Shown here one piece after another: positions 26,978-36,802 of a DNA stretch of 64,000 bases. The first letter of the stretch is position 1, and each line of letters opens with the position of its first letter. Both the position numbers and the translations under genes were made by a program. Source of the stretch: an uncultured virus (IMG/VR IMGVR_UViG_3300020337_000002) (lineage: Duplodnaviria > Heunggongvirae > Uroviricota > Caudoviricetes); the IMG/VR virus record IMGVR_UViG_3300020337_000002. One strand, 5' to 3'. The notes beneath the pieces are model-generated. The model saw only the letters and a list, made by a program, of their open reading frames with translations, was not told where the DNA came from and did no database searches.

Positions 26978-28288
26978 ATGGCACACATGACTAATATAGC
27001 AACACAAGATCAAGAAGTATTAGATAGATACGAAGAGATCAAAAAAATACCAGAAATTGAAATTACTGACGAACTTAAAGCAGAAGTTCTAGATAAGATT
27101 ATTGTAGCAAGAGTAGGCTTACTACTTAGACATCCTTTCTTTGGTAATATGGCAACTAGACTTATCATTAAAGAAGCTAGTGATTGGTGTCCTACTGCCG
27201 CAACTGATGGTAGACATTTATATTATAGTGTTCCATTCTTTGCTAAGATGGATAACAAAGAAATTGAATTCGTTATTGCACATGAAATACTTCATTGTGT
27301 ATTTGATCACATGACACGTAGAGAAGATAGAGATCCACAGATACATAATATCGCGGCAGACTATATTGTAAACAATACACTTGTTAGAGATGGTATTGGT
27401 AAGAAGCCTGCAGATATTCCAATTTTCCAAGACTTTAAATATGATGGTAAAACTTCAGAAGAAGTATATGATGACATCTACAAGAAGTATGATGAAGAAG
27501 AATTAAAACAATTAGGTCAATTACTTGACGAACATATTGACTGGGATAAAGATAGCCAAGATAATCAGAAGGCACCTAGCAAGAAGGGTAACAAGAAAGG
27601 TCAAGGACAACCTAGTTACTCTAAAGAAGAACTTAAAAAGATCAGAGATGAGATTAAAGAAAGTATGATGGGTGCGGCACAGGCCGCTGGTGCTGGTAAG
27701 GTTCCTGCAGAGATTGAAAGAATGATCAAGGAACTTACAGAGCCTAAGATGAATTGGAGAGAGATTCTTAGACAACAGATTCAGTCAACTATTAAGAACG
27801 ACTATACTTACATACGTCCTAGCAGAAAAGGTTGGCACACAGGAGCAGTTCTTCCTGGTATTAACTATGACGAAACAATTGATATTTGTATTGGTATTGA
27901 TATGTCAGGTTCGATTGGTAACGAACAAGGTGCAGACTTCTTAGGAGAAGTACAAGGCATTATGTCAGAGTATCAAGACTATAACATTAAGGTATGGTGT
28001 TTTGATACTAAGGTTTACAACGAACAAGACTTTACTGCTGATAATGGTATGGATCTTAATCAGTATCAATTAATGGGTGGCGGTGGAACAGACTTCAATG
28101 CCAATTGGGAATATATGAAAGAACAGGATATTGTTCCTAAGAGATTCATAATGTTTACTGATGGTTATCCTTGGGATAGCTGGGGTGATGAAAGTTACTG
28201 TGATACAGTATTTGTAATCCACGGACATCACGATAAGAATTTACAGGCGCCATTCGGTCTTACTTGTCATTACGAAGAGGCAAGATGA
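26978..28288 (+). CDS. Metallopeptidase + VWA domain protein (DUF2201-like), MoxR partner
   Basis: TAATDG, HEILH (HExxH), N.AAD..VN; VWA motifs IDMSGSI, GGGGTDF, FTDGY. Confidence 0.88.
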   Translation: MAHMTNIATQDQEVLDRYEEIKKIPEIEITDELKAEVLDKIIVARVGLLLRHPFFGNMATRLIIKEASDWCPTAATDGRHLYYSVPFFAKMDNKEIEFVIAHEILHCVFDHMTRREDRDPQIHNIAADYIVNNTLVRDGIGKKPADIPIFQDFKYDGKTSEEVYDDIYKKYDEEELKQLGQLLDEHIDWDKDSQDNQKAPSKKGNKKGQGQPSYSKEELKKIRDEIKESMMGAAQAAGAGKVPAEIERMIKELTEPKMNWREILRQQIQSTIKNDYTYIRPSRKGWHTGAVLPGINYDETIDICIGIDMSGSIGNEQGADFLGEVQGIMSEYQDYNIKVWCFDTKVYNEQDFTADNGMDLNQYQLMGGGGTDFNANWEYMKEQDIVPKRFIMFTDGYPWDSWGDESYCDTVFVIHGHHDKNLQAPFGLTCHYEEAR

Positions 28289-28551
28289 AACCAAATGCAT
28301 TAAACTTTTTTGAAATGAGAGAGGTTGATTTTCAGGCTCCTCATTTCGAATACACTCATTTCCAACAACAATATAACTTTGAAACCGCACTTCATAAGTG
28401 GATTGGAAATAATCTCAAAGGCAGATACTTTATAGGCAAAACTTTGGTTTTGGATAGAGAAAACCAATACCAAAATAATGTTACTGTGGGTTTTGAAGAT
28501 CCAAAAGAGTTATCTTATTTCATGTTGGCGTGTCCACATTTGAAATACTAA
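28285..28551 (+). CDS. Hypothetical protein
   Basis: ATGA-coupled start; WI..NLKGRYF, VGFEDPKE. Confidence 0.65.
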   Translation: MKPNALNFFEMREVDFQAPHFEYTHFQQQYNFETALHKWIGNNLKGRYFIGKTLVLDRENQYQNNVTVGFEDPKELSYFMLACPHLKY

Positions 28552-28602
28552 TAAATATTAAGTAGGTATATAATTATACTACTATTAATAGGAGAGACAT
28601 AA

Positions 28603-28941
28603 ATGTCAGAAGAAAATAAAACTGCAACGGCTCCGGCAACTCCGGAACCAAGTATGGCAACTGCACCGACGGGTGCTCCTGCTAATGCTCCAGTTCAAGA
28701 ACTTACAGTTCAAGACTTAGGGGTATTGAAAACAATCATTGAAGTAGCACAAAGTCGTGGGGCGTTTAAAGCCAACGAACTTGAGGCTGTTGGAAAGACG
28801 TATTCTAAACTAGAGGCGTTTCTAACTTCAATTCAAAATCAACAAGTAGCTAAAGATCCAAATGCTCCAGCACCAGCAACTGCACCAGCAACTGCTCCGG
28901 TAAGTGAGCCAATTGATCCTGCTACAGGAGAGGTAAAATAA
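28603..28941 (+). CDS. Hypothetical protein with Ala/Pro/Thr-rich arms
   Basis: Core LTVQDL...RGAFKANEL; ATAAATA at 28551-28557 and SD AGGAG. Confidence 0.7.
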   Translation: MSEENKTATAPATPEPSMATAPTGAPANAPVQELTVQDLGVLKTIIEVAQSRGAFKANELEAVGKTYSKLEAFLTSIQNQQVAKDPNAPAPATAPATAPVSEPIDPATGEVK

Positions 28942-29540
28942 TGGCCCTAAAACATATAGGAAGATTCAAAGGTAACGGAAGAAAAGTTGCCGTTGTTTTT
29001 AGAACATTACCTGATGATCCAGAAAGTGCTTTAGTGGTACAAACTGAAAACTTAGGTGATTCAGAACACGACACATTGATCAATATGTTAGAAAGTAACA
29101 CTGGTCAAAGTGCTGATGAACTAGCAGATGCTATGCAACGTACTCCACTAGGAGACGGTAGTATTATGTTAGCAAACTTCCACGTTAACGGAAAATTAAC
29201 TAAGGTGAAAACTTCAGATATTGAAATGACACCAGATACACAGACTACTATTGGTCTTGATGAACTAAACAAAGTCATCGCAGAGCAAAAAGGTGTAGCA
29301 GTTAAGGACCTAGCGGTTGGCGGTAGTTCAGTTGAAGAAGTAGCAACTGCAACAACTATGCCATCAGGAGAAGCATCAGCAACTGTGGACGCGGCAAACG
29401 AGCAACCTTTAACAGACGAAGATCTAGCTAAGAACATGAGAGCAGATGCTGATCGTATGTTCAAAGAAGCTGAAAGACTACGTAAAGAAGCTGAGGATTT
29501 AAGCCCTACGAAAAAAGGCAAATCCAGTGCCAAGGCGTAG
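28941..29540 (+). CDS. Conserved phage hypothetical protein
   Basis: 199 aa; C-terminal coiled coil. Confidence 0.7.
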   Translation: MALKHIGRFKGNGRKVAVVFRTLPDDPESALVVQTENLGDSEHDTLINMLESNTGQSADELADAMQRTPLGDGSIMLANFHVNGKLTKVKTSDIEMTPDTQTTIGLDELNKVIAEQKGVAVKDLAVGGSSVEEVATATTMPSGEASATVDAANEQPLTDEDLAKNMRADADRMFKEAERLRKEAEDLSPTKKGKSSAKA

Positions 29541-29838
29541 CAAACGCCTTCCACCCGACGTTGTGAACAAATGGCCCGATGTATTCGGAGACGTTGACGT
29601 TCACGCCATACCGTTAGAGTACTTACACTCATTACGAGTTCGTTTTACTAATGGTAAGGCTTGGGATATAGCAGTAGACGATAAAAAGAACCCTGTTAAA
29701 TCCTTGGAAAAAACACTAAAAGAACTGTTTAATACTTATGATAGCAGTATTAAGCACGTTGATTTTAAGCTAGATACTGATCGTATTAAAAAAGATGTAC
29801 AAAAACGCACCACAAAGTTCATCAAGCATCGTAAGTAA
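29527..29838 (+). CDS. Hypothetical protein
   Basis: WPDVF, IPLEYL; basic C-terminus. Confidence 0.65.
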   Translation: MPRRSKRLPPDVVNKWPDVFGDVDVHAIPLEYLHSLRVRFTNGKAWDIAVDDKKNPVKSLEKTLKELFNTYDSSIKHVDFKLDTDRIKKDVQKRTTKFIKHRK

Positions 29839-29852
29839 TATTACTAAAAAGG

Positions 29853-29860
29853 TATAAATA
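29853..29860 (+). promoter_or_regulatory. T4 late promoter consensus TATAAATA
   Basis: Exact consensus, followed by SD AGGAG and ATG 29888. Confidence 0.75.
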
Positions 29861-29887
29861 CATATAACAGATCCAGGAGTTATATAA

Positions 29888-31258
29888 ATGGCATTAAAAC
29901 TAAGAAGAGGTACAGACTCACAAAGAGGGCTTATAACGCCAGCTGATGGTGAATTAATCTATACTACAGATACTAAAAAACTGTTTATAGGTGACGGTGC
30001 TACTGCGGGTGGTAATCCCGTTGATACAGCCGGTAGTGCATTAGGTTCAAATTTAGACTTAAACAATTATAGCTTAACTGGAACAGGTAACGTTAATATT
30101 ACTGGAAATATTACTGCTACTGGAAACATCACTGCTGACGGTAATTTAACACTAGGTGGTAACTTAACTGTTGGTGATGCTACATCAGATACATTAAACT
30201 TAACAGCCAAAGTTGAATCACATATTTTACCAGACGTTGATAGTGCAAGGAACATTGGTTCAAGTGTACTAAGATGGGGTGCTGGTTACTTTGGTGCTTT
30301 ACACGTAACAGATGATATTAATGCTGGATCAGTAAATGCTAATATCGTTGCAGATGATTCTACAGTAGTTTTAAATAAAGCAACTGGAGCCATTAATGCT
30401 TCAGGTACTTTCAAAGGTGATGTTAATGCAACTGATAACACTAGCTTCTTTAATGCAACTTCAAAGGCAGTAAACGCCGGTGCTATTACGGCAACAGGAA
30501 CTATTAGTGCTCCTGTTATTAATGCAGAAGCATTTACAGGAAATTTCAAAGGTACTATTGTTGGTGACGATTCAACTGTATTAGTTGATGCTGTCAACAG
30601 TAGAGTAAACCTAAACAATGGCGTTGTAAGTTTTGTTGAGAATCAACTTGAGCTTAACAATGTAACAGAAGTTAAACTAGGTAAAACTACAGACTCAGCT
30701 GGTCCTACATTTAAAATTACATCAGCAGATGCAAGTGCTCCAATTAACTTTGTCAACAAGGCAGGAACAAGTGTTAACAATACAAGTAAGTTAACATTTT
30801 CAGCTTACCATGGATCATTGGTAACTCCAGTAGATCCAACAGCAGGTGACTGGAATGGTGCATTAACGGCTCAATCATGGGATACAAATACAAGTGCTTT
30901 TATTCCATCAGCAGTTATGGCATTCCAAGTTGATCCAGATGAGACTGTTGCATCAGACCAAGTTAAAGGTAAATTACTATTCATTAGTAATGCAGGAACA
31001 GGAAGTTCACCAGTTTTAAAAGCTATGTCATTTGATGCAAAAGGACGTTTAAAAGTTAACGGTGCTCCAGGTGATGTTGCAGGTGCTAACTTAGATGTTG
31101 TTGGTGATGCACAATTTTCAAGTACAGTTAAGTTTGCTAACTTAACAACTACTCAAAGAGACGGACTATCTTCAGTAAGTGCTGGTATGGTAATTTACAA
31201 TACTACATTAAGTAAGTTACAATTACGTACTGGTGTTGCTTGGGTCGACTTACACTAA
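29888..31258 (+). CDS. Tail fibre / virion structural protein
   Basis: N-terminus LKLRRGT...GELIYTTDTKKLFIGDG; G-x-I-T-A-T-G beta-helix repeats; three (A/G)DDST-type repeats; C-terminus TTTQRD...AGMVIYNTT. Confidence 0.8.
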   Translation: MALKLRRGTDSQRGLITPADGELIYTTDTKKLFIGDGATAGGNPVDTAGSALGSNLDLNNYSLTGTGNVNITGNITATGNITADGNLTLGGNLTVGDATSDTLNLTAKVESHILPDVDSARNIGSSVLRWGAGYFGALHVTDDINAGSVNANIVADDSTVVLNKATGAINASGTFKGDVNATDNTSFFNATSKAVNAGAITATGTISAPVINAEAFTGNFKGTIVGDDSTVLVDAVNSRVNLNNGVVSFVENQLELNNVTEVKLGKTTDSAGPTFKITSADASAPINFVNKAGTSVNNTSKLTFSAYHGSLVTPVDPTAGDWNGALTAQSWDTNTSAFIPSAVMAFQVDPDETVASDQVKGKLLFISNAGTGSSPVLKAMSFDAKGRLKVNGAPGDVAGANLDVVGDAQFSSTVKFANLTTTQRDGLSSVSAGMVIYNTTLSKLQLRTGVAWVDLH

Positions 31259-31302
31259 TTCAGCTTTAACTTTTCCAAACCAATTTAAAAATAAGTAACA
31301 GT

Positions 31303-31980
31303 ATGAGCTCTATAACTCTCTTTACATCAGGGTCAACAGACCAACCAAAAGACGTGACCCATTCGTGGGATCATATTAAGAAATGTGCGACCAAAAGCAT
31401 TAAAGAAATTGGATTGACTGAAGAGGATAGAGTGCTAGATGTGTTTCCTGCGAACACTATAGCCCACTACACAATCACCGGTGTTCCTGCGTTTTTAAGC
31501 GGCGCACAGTACGTTTCTAGCAACTTTAGTGCATACACCTACCTCGACTTATTTAGACGCTTTAAACCGACGTATATTGCGTTAATACCACGTCATTTAG
31601 AACTGTTATTAGGCACTAAAGGCTTTAAGGATTTGGATATGAGTTGCGTCAAATACATGGTTACAGGCAGTTCAAAAATAGACCAAAATTTTATAGATGA
31701 ATTTAAAAATAAGGGAGTTCAAAAAGTCGCGAACTGGTACGGCATGACTGAGTTTCCTCCACCAATTATGATAGGTTATGATTCACCTGCATTTGATTTC
31801 AACACTATAAATCATCAAGAGAATCATGTGATGTTTATGCCATTACAAGCTACTGGCACTAACCTTCAACATTGTATTATCAACGGCAGATCAACTGGTG
31901 ATATTTTTAACATGGACACAAAAGAATACCACGGTAGATTAAAAGAAGCAAATGGACATACTTGGAAAAACAACTTTTAG
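31303..31980 (+). CDS. Minimal adenylate-forming (AMP-binding) enzyme
   Basis: FTSGSTDQPK (A3), WYGMTE (A5), TGD (A7); only 225 aa; TAAGTA 5 nt upstream. Confidence 0.75.
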   Translation: MSSITLFTSGSTDQPKDVTHSWDHIKKCATKSIKEIGLTEEDRVLDVFPANTIAHYTITGVPAFLSGAQYVSSNFSAYTYLDLFRRFKPTYIALIPRHLELLLGTKGFKDLDMSCVKYMVTGSSKIDQNFIDEFKNKGVQKVANWYGMTEFPPPIMIGYDSPAFDFNTINHQENHVMFMPLQATGTNLQHCIINGRSTGDIFNMDTKEYHGRLKEANGHTWKNNF

Positions 31981-32524
31981 ACTTGCTACTGAAAGAGATA
32001 GACCTTTAGTAGAACAGTTTTGTAAATCACAGAACTATTCAAACAATACATCTTTAGAAGCAATGAAATGGGAATGGTGCCTACGCAATGGTGCATGGAC
32101 TGTTGCAATTCATGAAGATAAAATTATTAGTATTGCAGGTATTCATGACTTGCCTGAAGCTGGACATAACTGTTATAGATGTTTGTTCCGCGGAGCTCAA
32201 CTACCAGGATACACACTAGGTACAGGAAGAGATATTTTTAAGACAGGTATACAATTAAGTTACTTACTAAACTTACAAATAGAATGGGCACCTAAGTCAG
32301 CAGACTTGTTTATTAGTACAAATATAAACGACGATGGTGGTAAGAGTCAACGTATGAATAATACTATGATGCCATTACTAGCTAAACGTGGTATTTGGTC
32401 TTTAGATCAACAAATAGAATTATATAATGTACCGCAGAACTTATGGCGTATTAATGTTCAACGTTATAAGGAAGAGCGTAACCTCTCGCTAAAGAGCGAT
32501 AAGAATATTGATCAAAAATTGTAA
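31952..32524 (+). CDS. GNAT-like acyltransferase
   Basis: FRLAT..D, IISIAGIH, YRCLFRG, FISTN topology. Confidence 0.45.
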   Translation: MDILGKTTFRLATERDRPLVEQFCKSQNYSNNTSLEAMKWEWCLRNGAWTVAIHEDKIISIAGIHDLPEAGHNCYRCLFRGAQLPGYTLGTGRDIFKTGIQLSYLLNLQIEWAPKSADLFISTNINDDGGKSQRMNNTMMPLLAKRGIWSLDQQIELYNVPQNLWRINVQRYKEERNLSLKSDKNIDQKL

Positions 32525-33557
32525 AAGGTTTCTTTTTAATTACAATTTCTTTCATTTCATTTTTCCAATAGTCTGTGTCTTTACTTGTAGCAGTATAATG
32601 AAGTTCTAAGAATTCTTCTACGTGTTTTACTACGTTTAACCATTGCTTGTTATACACACTAGGTTTGTCCACTAGTCTTACTAGCATTTCAATTTGATAT
32701 TGTATTAGCCATATTGCTTGAGCTTCTAACGGTTCAATAAATCCTGCACTTAATCCTATATTTAAAATGTTACCTTCGTAGGGGTTAGGACAATATTGAC
32801 TTTCCCATTCAATCACTCTTAACTTATCTAGTTCTAATTTGTGAGGACATTTTTCTATAAATTCTGCTTTGGCACTTTCTACTGATTGATGATCTTTACT
32901 AAACACATATCCGTTTCCAATGCGATTCTGTAAGTAAATATTCCACATCCACCCGTTACTTAATGCAGTAGTTTCCGTATAGTATTTTAACATCTTATCG
33001 TAACTAGGTGCAACTATGGCACAATTATTTTTTAGGTTAGTTTTAATCATTTCTTTTGCAGGAAACAGATCACTAAATCCAGCACAATTAATAATTAAAT
33101 CTGCATCAAGGTCGTCTATAGTATCAAGTGTTTTATTAATAAGTTCTACACCGTTTGGTAGTGCAACCTTATCTCTCAGCATAATACCAAACTTGTTAGC
33201 ATCAACATGATAAGCATGACGCCACTTTTTAGTAGGCTTTGTATAATTACGCATCCATTCAATCTGTTCTCTATGTTCAGACTCATCAAAGCAGAAATGG
33301 TGCCACCATTCTTTGTTGTGCCAATCCTTATGACATATTGTATATTTTCTTACTGCATCACAATGGTCAAATAGGTCTTGTTCTGTTAGTCCTAGTTCTG
33401 TAATAAAGTCGTACATACTAGGCAACGTGCTTTCGCCTACACCTATTATAGGAATATCTTCACTTTGTATTACAGTGATGTTCCAATCAGTTTTCTTTGC
33501 AAGATAACTTGCAGTCATCCAACCAGCTGTTCCACCACCTACTATTGTTATTTTCAT
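32451..33557 (-). CDS. Tryptophan-halogenase-like flavoprotein (PrnA family)
   Basis: GGGTAGW, IGVGEST, GWMWNI (WxWxI), GNGYVFS, GFIEPLE. Confidence 0.88.
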   Translation of the reverse strand: MKITIVGGGTAGWMTASYLAKKTDWNITVIQSEDIPIIGVGESTLPSMYDFITELGLTEQDLFDHCDAVRKYTICHKDWHNKEWWHHFCFDESEHREQIEWMRNYTKPTKKWRHAYHVDANKFGIMLRDKVALPNGVELINKTLDTIDDLDADLIINCAGFSDLFPAKEMIKTNLKNNCAIVAPSYDKMLKYYTETTALSNGWMWNIYLQNRIGNGYVFSKDHQSVESAKAEFIEKCPHKLELDKLRVIEWESQYCPNPYEGNILNIGLSAGFIEPLEAQAIWLIQYQIEMLVRLVDKPSVYNKQWLNVVKHVEEFLELHYTATSKDTDYWKNEMKEIVIKKKPFTIFDQYSYRSLARGYALPYNVEH

Positions 33558-34258
33558 AATGCTAATATATCTAAAATTTTAGTTTCGTCTACTCTAGTTA
33601 AAAAGTGAGCTCTATCAGTTTTACCTGGATTTTCTGTTCCATGGTAAGCATTGGTATTTAATATGTAAACTTTGCCAACTTTCATATTATACTTTACTTC
33701 TCTATCTTTTCCAAAACAAAAAACTGCTTCTTCGTTTGTTTCTAAAGGTATATGTAATTTCTTTACACTACTATCTTTATGTGTTTTAATTTCTGCACCA
33801 GGACCGTGTACTGTGATTATACATTGTTTAAAACTTTCTTCTCCTAGCATTTCGATTAAATCATTCATATAATCAAAACGATACTTAGGCAATATATTAC
33901 ACTTATCATAAAATTCTGGGTCAAGTGTTTCAGGAAACATATCTGTATTAGCTTGACTAGGAGGAGGTAATGGTTCGTATCTTTCTTTTGGCCATGCTAG
34001 TGTGTATCCACTAATAGGACCGCAGTAGTAACCACAATAACCTAAGTCCATATATTGTTTACTAACTTCAACATTTAATCTATCAGGAAAGTTATAGAAA
34101 TCAAAATACATATGATTAAATTTTTTCTTTACATCAGAGTAATACTTTTGTAGTTTATCTACATCAAGATCTAAATTTAATTCTATCGCTCCCCAATGAT
34201 CTTCTTCATATAGCATTTTCCAACCAATGTCTTTAGGATCGTAATTTTTGATTATCAT
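33554..34258 (-). CDS. Asp/Asn beta-hydroxylase-like 2OG-Fe(II) oxygenase
   Basis: PG..I..HKD...HIPL.TN...NT...HG..N....RAH. Confidence 0.8.
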   Translation of the reverse strand: MIIKNYDPKDIGWKMLYEEDHWGAIELNLDLDVDKLQKYYSDVKKKFNHMYFDFYNFPDRLNVEVSKQYMDLGYCGYYCGPISGYTLAWPKERYEPLPPPSQANTDMFPETLDPEFYDKCNILPKYRFDYMNDLIEMLGEESFKQCIITVHGPGAEIKTHKDSSVKKLHIPLETNEEAVFCFGKDREVKYNMKVGKVYILNTNAYHGTENPGKTDRAHFLTRVDETKILDILAL

Positions 34259-34845
34259 AGTGTTTCCTCTTTGTATTTAAGCAATTCCATTTCCTTGTCT
34301 TTAGGAACTTTAAAAAACAAATGAACTCTATCTGTTTCGCCTTCATTATGTGTACCATGTGGTATGCTAGTATTAACAAGAGTCATACGCCCATCAGCAG
34401 GTAATACGTATTTCCTATTAGGTTCAAACGTAAAATATGCTTTCTTGTTAGTTACTATAGGAATATGCACCTTTAGATAATCATCAGTATCCTTGTGAAA
34501 GTTTATTAATGCTCCTGGCGGGTGTACACTTACACTAAACTGATGTGCGAACGGAAACTTTTCCTGTAACTTCTTTGCTAATCCAAACATACATTTAGTA
34601 TCTTTATATTCCTGTTTTTCTTCTTTAGTGATATTATAAGGAGGACAAGGTTTAGTTAGATCTTCTAGATTACTTTGTAATGCCCAACCGGTTACTCCTT
34701 TAAGTTTATGTCCACCAACTCCTTCTTCTTCATTGCCTTCCCATACCCACCTCATATCATTATGGTCATGCTGGAGACTTATAAAGAAGTTTCGTAACTC
34801 GTTTATATCTATTCTAGGCTTTAGTACTCTAAGATCTCTGTTCAT
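34255..34845 (-). CDS. Asp/Asn beta-hydroxylase-like oxygenase
   Basis: HKD...HIPIVTN...NTSIPHG..N....RVHL. Confidence 0.8.
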   Translation of the reverse strand: MNRDLRVLKPRIDINELRNFFISLQHDHNDMRWVWEGNEEEGVGGHKLKGVTGWALQSNLEDLTKPCPPYNITKEEKQEYKDTKCMFGLAKKLQEKFPFAHQFSVSVHPPGALINFHKDTDDYLKVHIPIVTNKKAYFTFEPNRKYVLPADGRMTLVNTSIPHGTHNEGETDRVHLFFKVPKDKEMELLKYKEETL

Positions 34846-35410
34846 CTACTATCCTTTTTATTTTTTCTTTCTTCCAATCATCATAACTTTCAACATAATG
34901 CTTAAAGTCAATATTTGCTATTGTAGGATTTTCAAACCAAAAGTCTAGCACTTTGTTAAACTCTTCTTGACTCATTCCTTTACCGTCTTTTTCTACTTCG
35001 CTTATTGTCATGTGAAATAGATTCGTATGTGTATTTAATGTTTCAATAGGTAGCATCTTACATCTTTGCTTTAGATTGCGTTTTACTCTAGCATAATCTT
35101 CGTCAGTATTAAAGTCTCCAGCAATACTACCTATACAAATAATATGTTTTACTTTACCGTATACTGCATTTAAAAGTTTTATTTGATAGTCGTCTATGCA
35201 ACTAGCATTAACAAACACATCATTTTTTAATATTTCATTTACAATATCGTCAAAGTTTTCATTAAAATCATACCCTGTTTCTCTGCTTAATTGCGTTACA
35301 TTATAACCTTGGTACTTAGATAACTTGGCAAAATAGTCATGTAGCCAATTGAGTATGTAACTACCCGAATGTCTAATTCCTTTTCTACTACCTGTTATCG
35401 CTACGTTCAT
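34829..35410 (-). CDS. Divergent short-chain dehydrogenase-like protein
   Basis: VAITGSRKGI, DVFVNA, IGS, YARVK. Confidence 0.65.
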   Translation of the reverse strand: MNVAITGSRKGIRHSGSYILNWLHDYFAKLSKYQGYNVTQLSRETGYDFNENFDDIVNEILKNDVFVNASCIDDYQIKLLNAVYGKVKHIICIGSIAGDFNTDEDYARVKRNLKQRCKMLPIETLNTHTNLFHMTISEVEKDGKGMSQEEFNKVLDFWFENPTIANIDFKHYVESYDDWKKEKIKRIVDEQRS

Positions 35411-36159
35411 AAAGTTATTTCCTTGTTAAGTATCTTTAATAAGTTTTCGTGTGTAGGTTTTGTTTGTATATGCACCCTACTTTCTTTACTTTTATTAATT
35501 GTACCATGTGGAATAGCGGCATTAATTACATAAGCCTTGCCTGGCTTCATGTTATATTCTCTTTCTAAATTTTCTCCGTACAAGAATAAAGCATTTGGAT
35601 CACTGTCTACTGGTATGTGCAATCGTTGTACGTCTGGCCCGTCGATGTGTTTTCCTAATACAACACCAGGTTGATGATGTCTAATACTTGTATCTCTCCA
35701 TACAGCTTCACCTAGTTGATCATATAATTTTTTAAAGTATCCGAACTTAAACTTTTCCTGAACAGATTTTTCACCTGGATTAATTAGTTCTGGATATAGG
35801 TCTTCTCTTCCTGCCCATTTAGGAGTACAAGGAATTTCCTTTTCGCAATACCAACTGATCTCCATTACTAATATTTCTTCTGGTATTTCTAATTGATCCT
35901 TAATATATTTTATTATATGATACCCTTCATCATGTACACCTCTGCCTTCTGATCCTACTTCTCCTGCAAATGCTGTGTCTATGTTTTTTAAATGATATTT
36001 CTCTTTTAAATATTCTTCTTTACGCCAACTAAAATATAGATGATTGTATTGCTCATGTACTTGCTCATACCAGCTTTGTAAGAATAAAGAATCAAGATTC
36101 CAATCTAATTCTATTATATCCCAATCCTTGCTATTTAAATATTCTAAACTATATGTCAT
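35407..36159 (-). CDS. Asp/Asn beta-hydroxylase-like oxygenase
   Basis: HID...RLHIPV...HGTIN...RVH; start moved to MTYSLEY. Confidence 0.75.
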   Translation of the reverse strand: MTYSLEYLNSKDWDIIELDWNLDSLFLQSWYEQVHEQYNHLYFSWRKEEYLKEKYHLKNIDTAFAGEVGSEGRGVHDEGYHIIKYIKDQLEIPEEILVMEISWYCEKEIPCTPKWAGREDLYPELINPGEKSVQEKFKFGYFKKLYDQLGEAVWRDTSIRHHQPGVVLGKHIDGPDVQRLHIPVDSDPNALFLYGENLEREYNMKPGKAYVINAAIPHGTINKSKESRVHIQTKPTHENLLKILNKEITL

Positions 36160-36802
36160 TGGTCCAAACCTTTCCATATAGATGTATTCTATTTGTACTA
36201 CCTTTGTTTTCCACACTATGAGGAATTGTTGTGTTTACTAGATAAGCCCAACCTGGTTCCATATGAAACTCTTCTCCGCCTATGATCCAATTACTATCTT
36301 CATTGGTGTGTATAGGTATGTGTACTCTAATCTTATCTGTGCTATCCTGATGCGTAATTAGTTTAGTACCTGGCGTGTGTATAGTTACTAACCACTTCTT
36401 ACTACGCATAGGTAATTTTTCTACAAGCTCTAGTCCGTAACCAGTAAAACATTTACGAGGATTTAATTCATCGTTATCGTTATCTTTGTATTCTTCTTTT
36501 GCACAACCTTGTTCAAAAGGTTTAGGTCCTGGTTCATCACTGTTCCAACAAAGTGTATAATAGGCCGCATCGTCTGGCAAGTAATGTCCTGTCTTTGCTT
36601 CAGGGTCACTAATAGGAAACTTCCACACATGATGATTCTCACCTATAACAAACTTCCAATCAGAAAAATTTTCTTCAAGGTCTTTATACCAAGTTTGTAT
36701 TTTATCTACATCAACTTCAAACAGTTTCTTAACTTTAAAGCCTAAGTCAAGAGGTTCATGTTTTTCAATGTACCGTTTGAAATCTTGGGTGTGTTGTTCC
36801 AT
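36149..36802 (-). CDS. Asp/Asn beta-hydroxylase-like oxygenase
   Basis: HQD...RVHIPIHTN...NTTIPHSVEN....RIHL. Confidence 0.82.
   Translation of the reverse strand: MEQHTQDFKRYIEKHEPLDLGFKVKKLFEVDVDKIQTWYKDLEENFSDWKFVIGENHHVWKFPISDPEAKTGHYLPDDAAYYTLCWNSDEPGPKPFEQGCAKEEYKDNDNDELNPRKCFTGYGLELVEKLPMRSKKWLVTIHTPGTKLITHQDSTDKIRVHIPIHTNEDSNWIIGGEEFHMEPGWAYLVNTTIPHSVENKGSTNRIHLYGKVWTNDI

Noticed and set aside
28860..28900. Short tandem repeats (gcaccagcaact)
   Set aside because: They simply encode a PAPATAPATAP linker; not a regulatory or mobile repeat.
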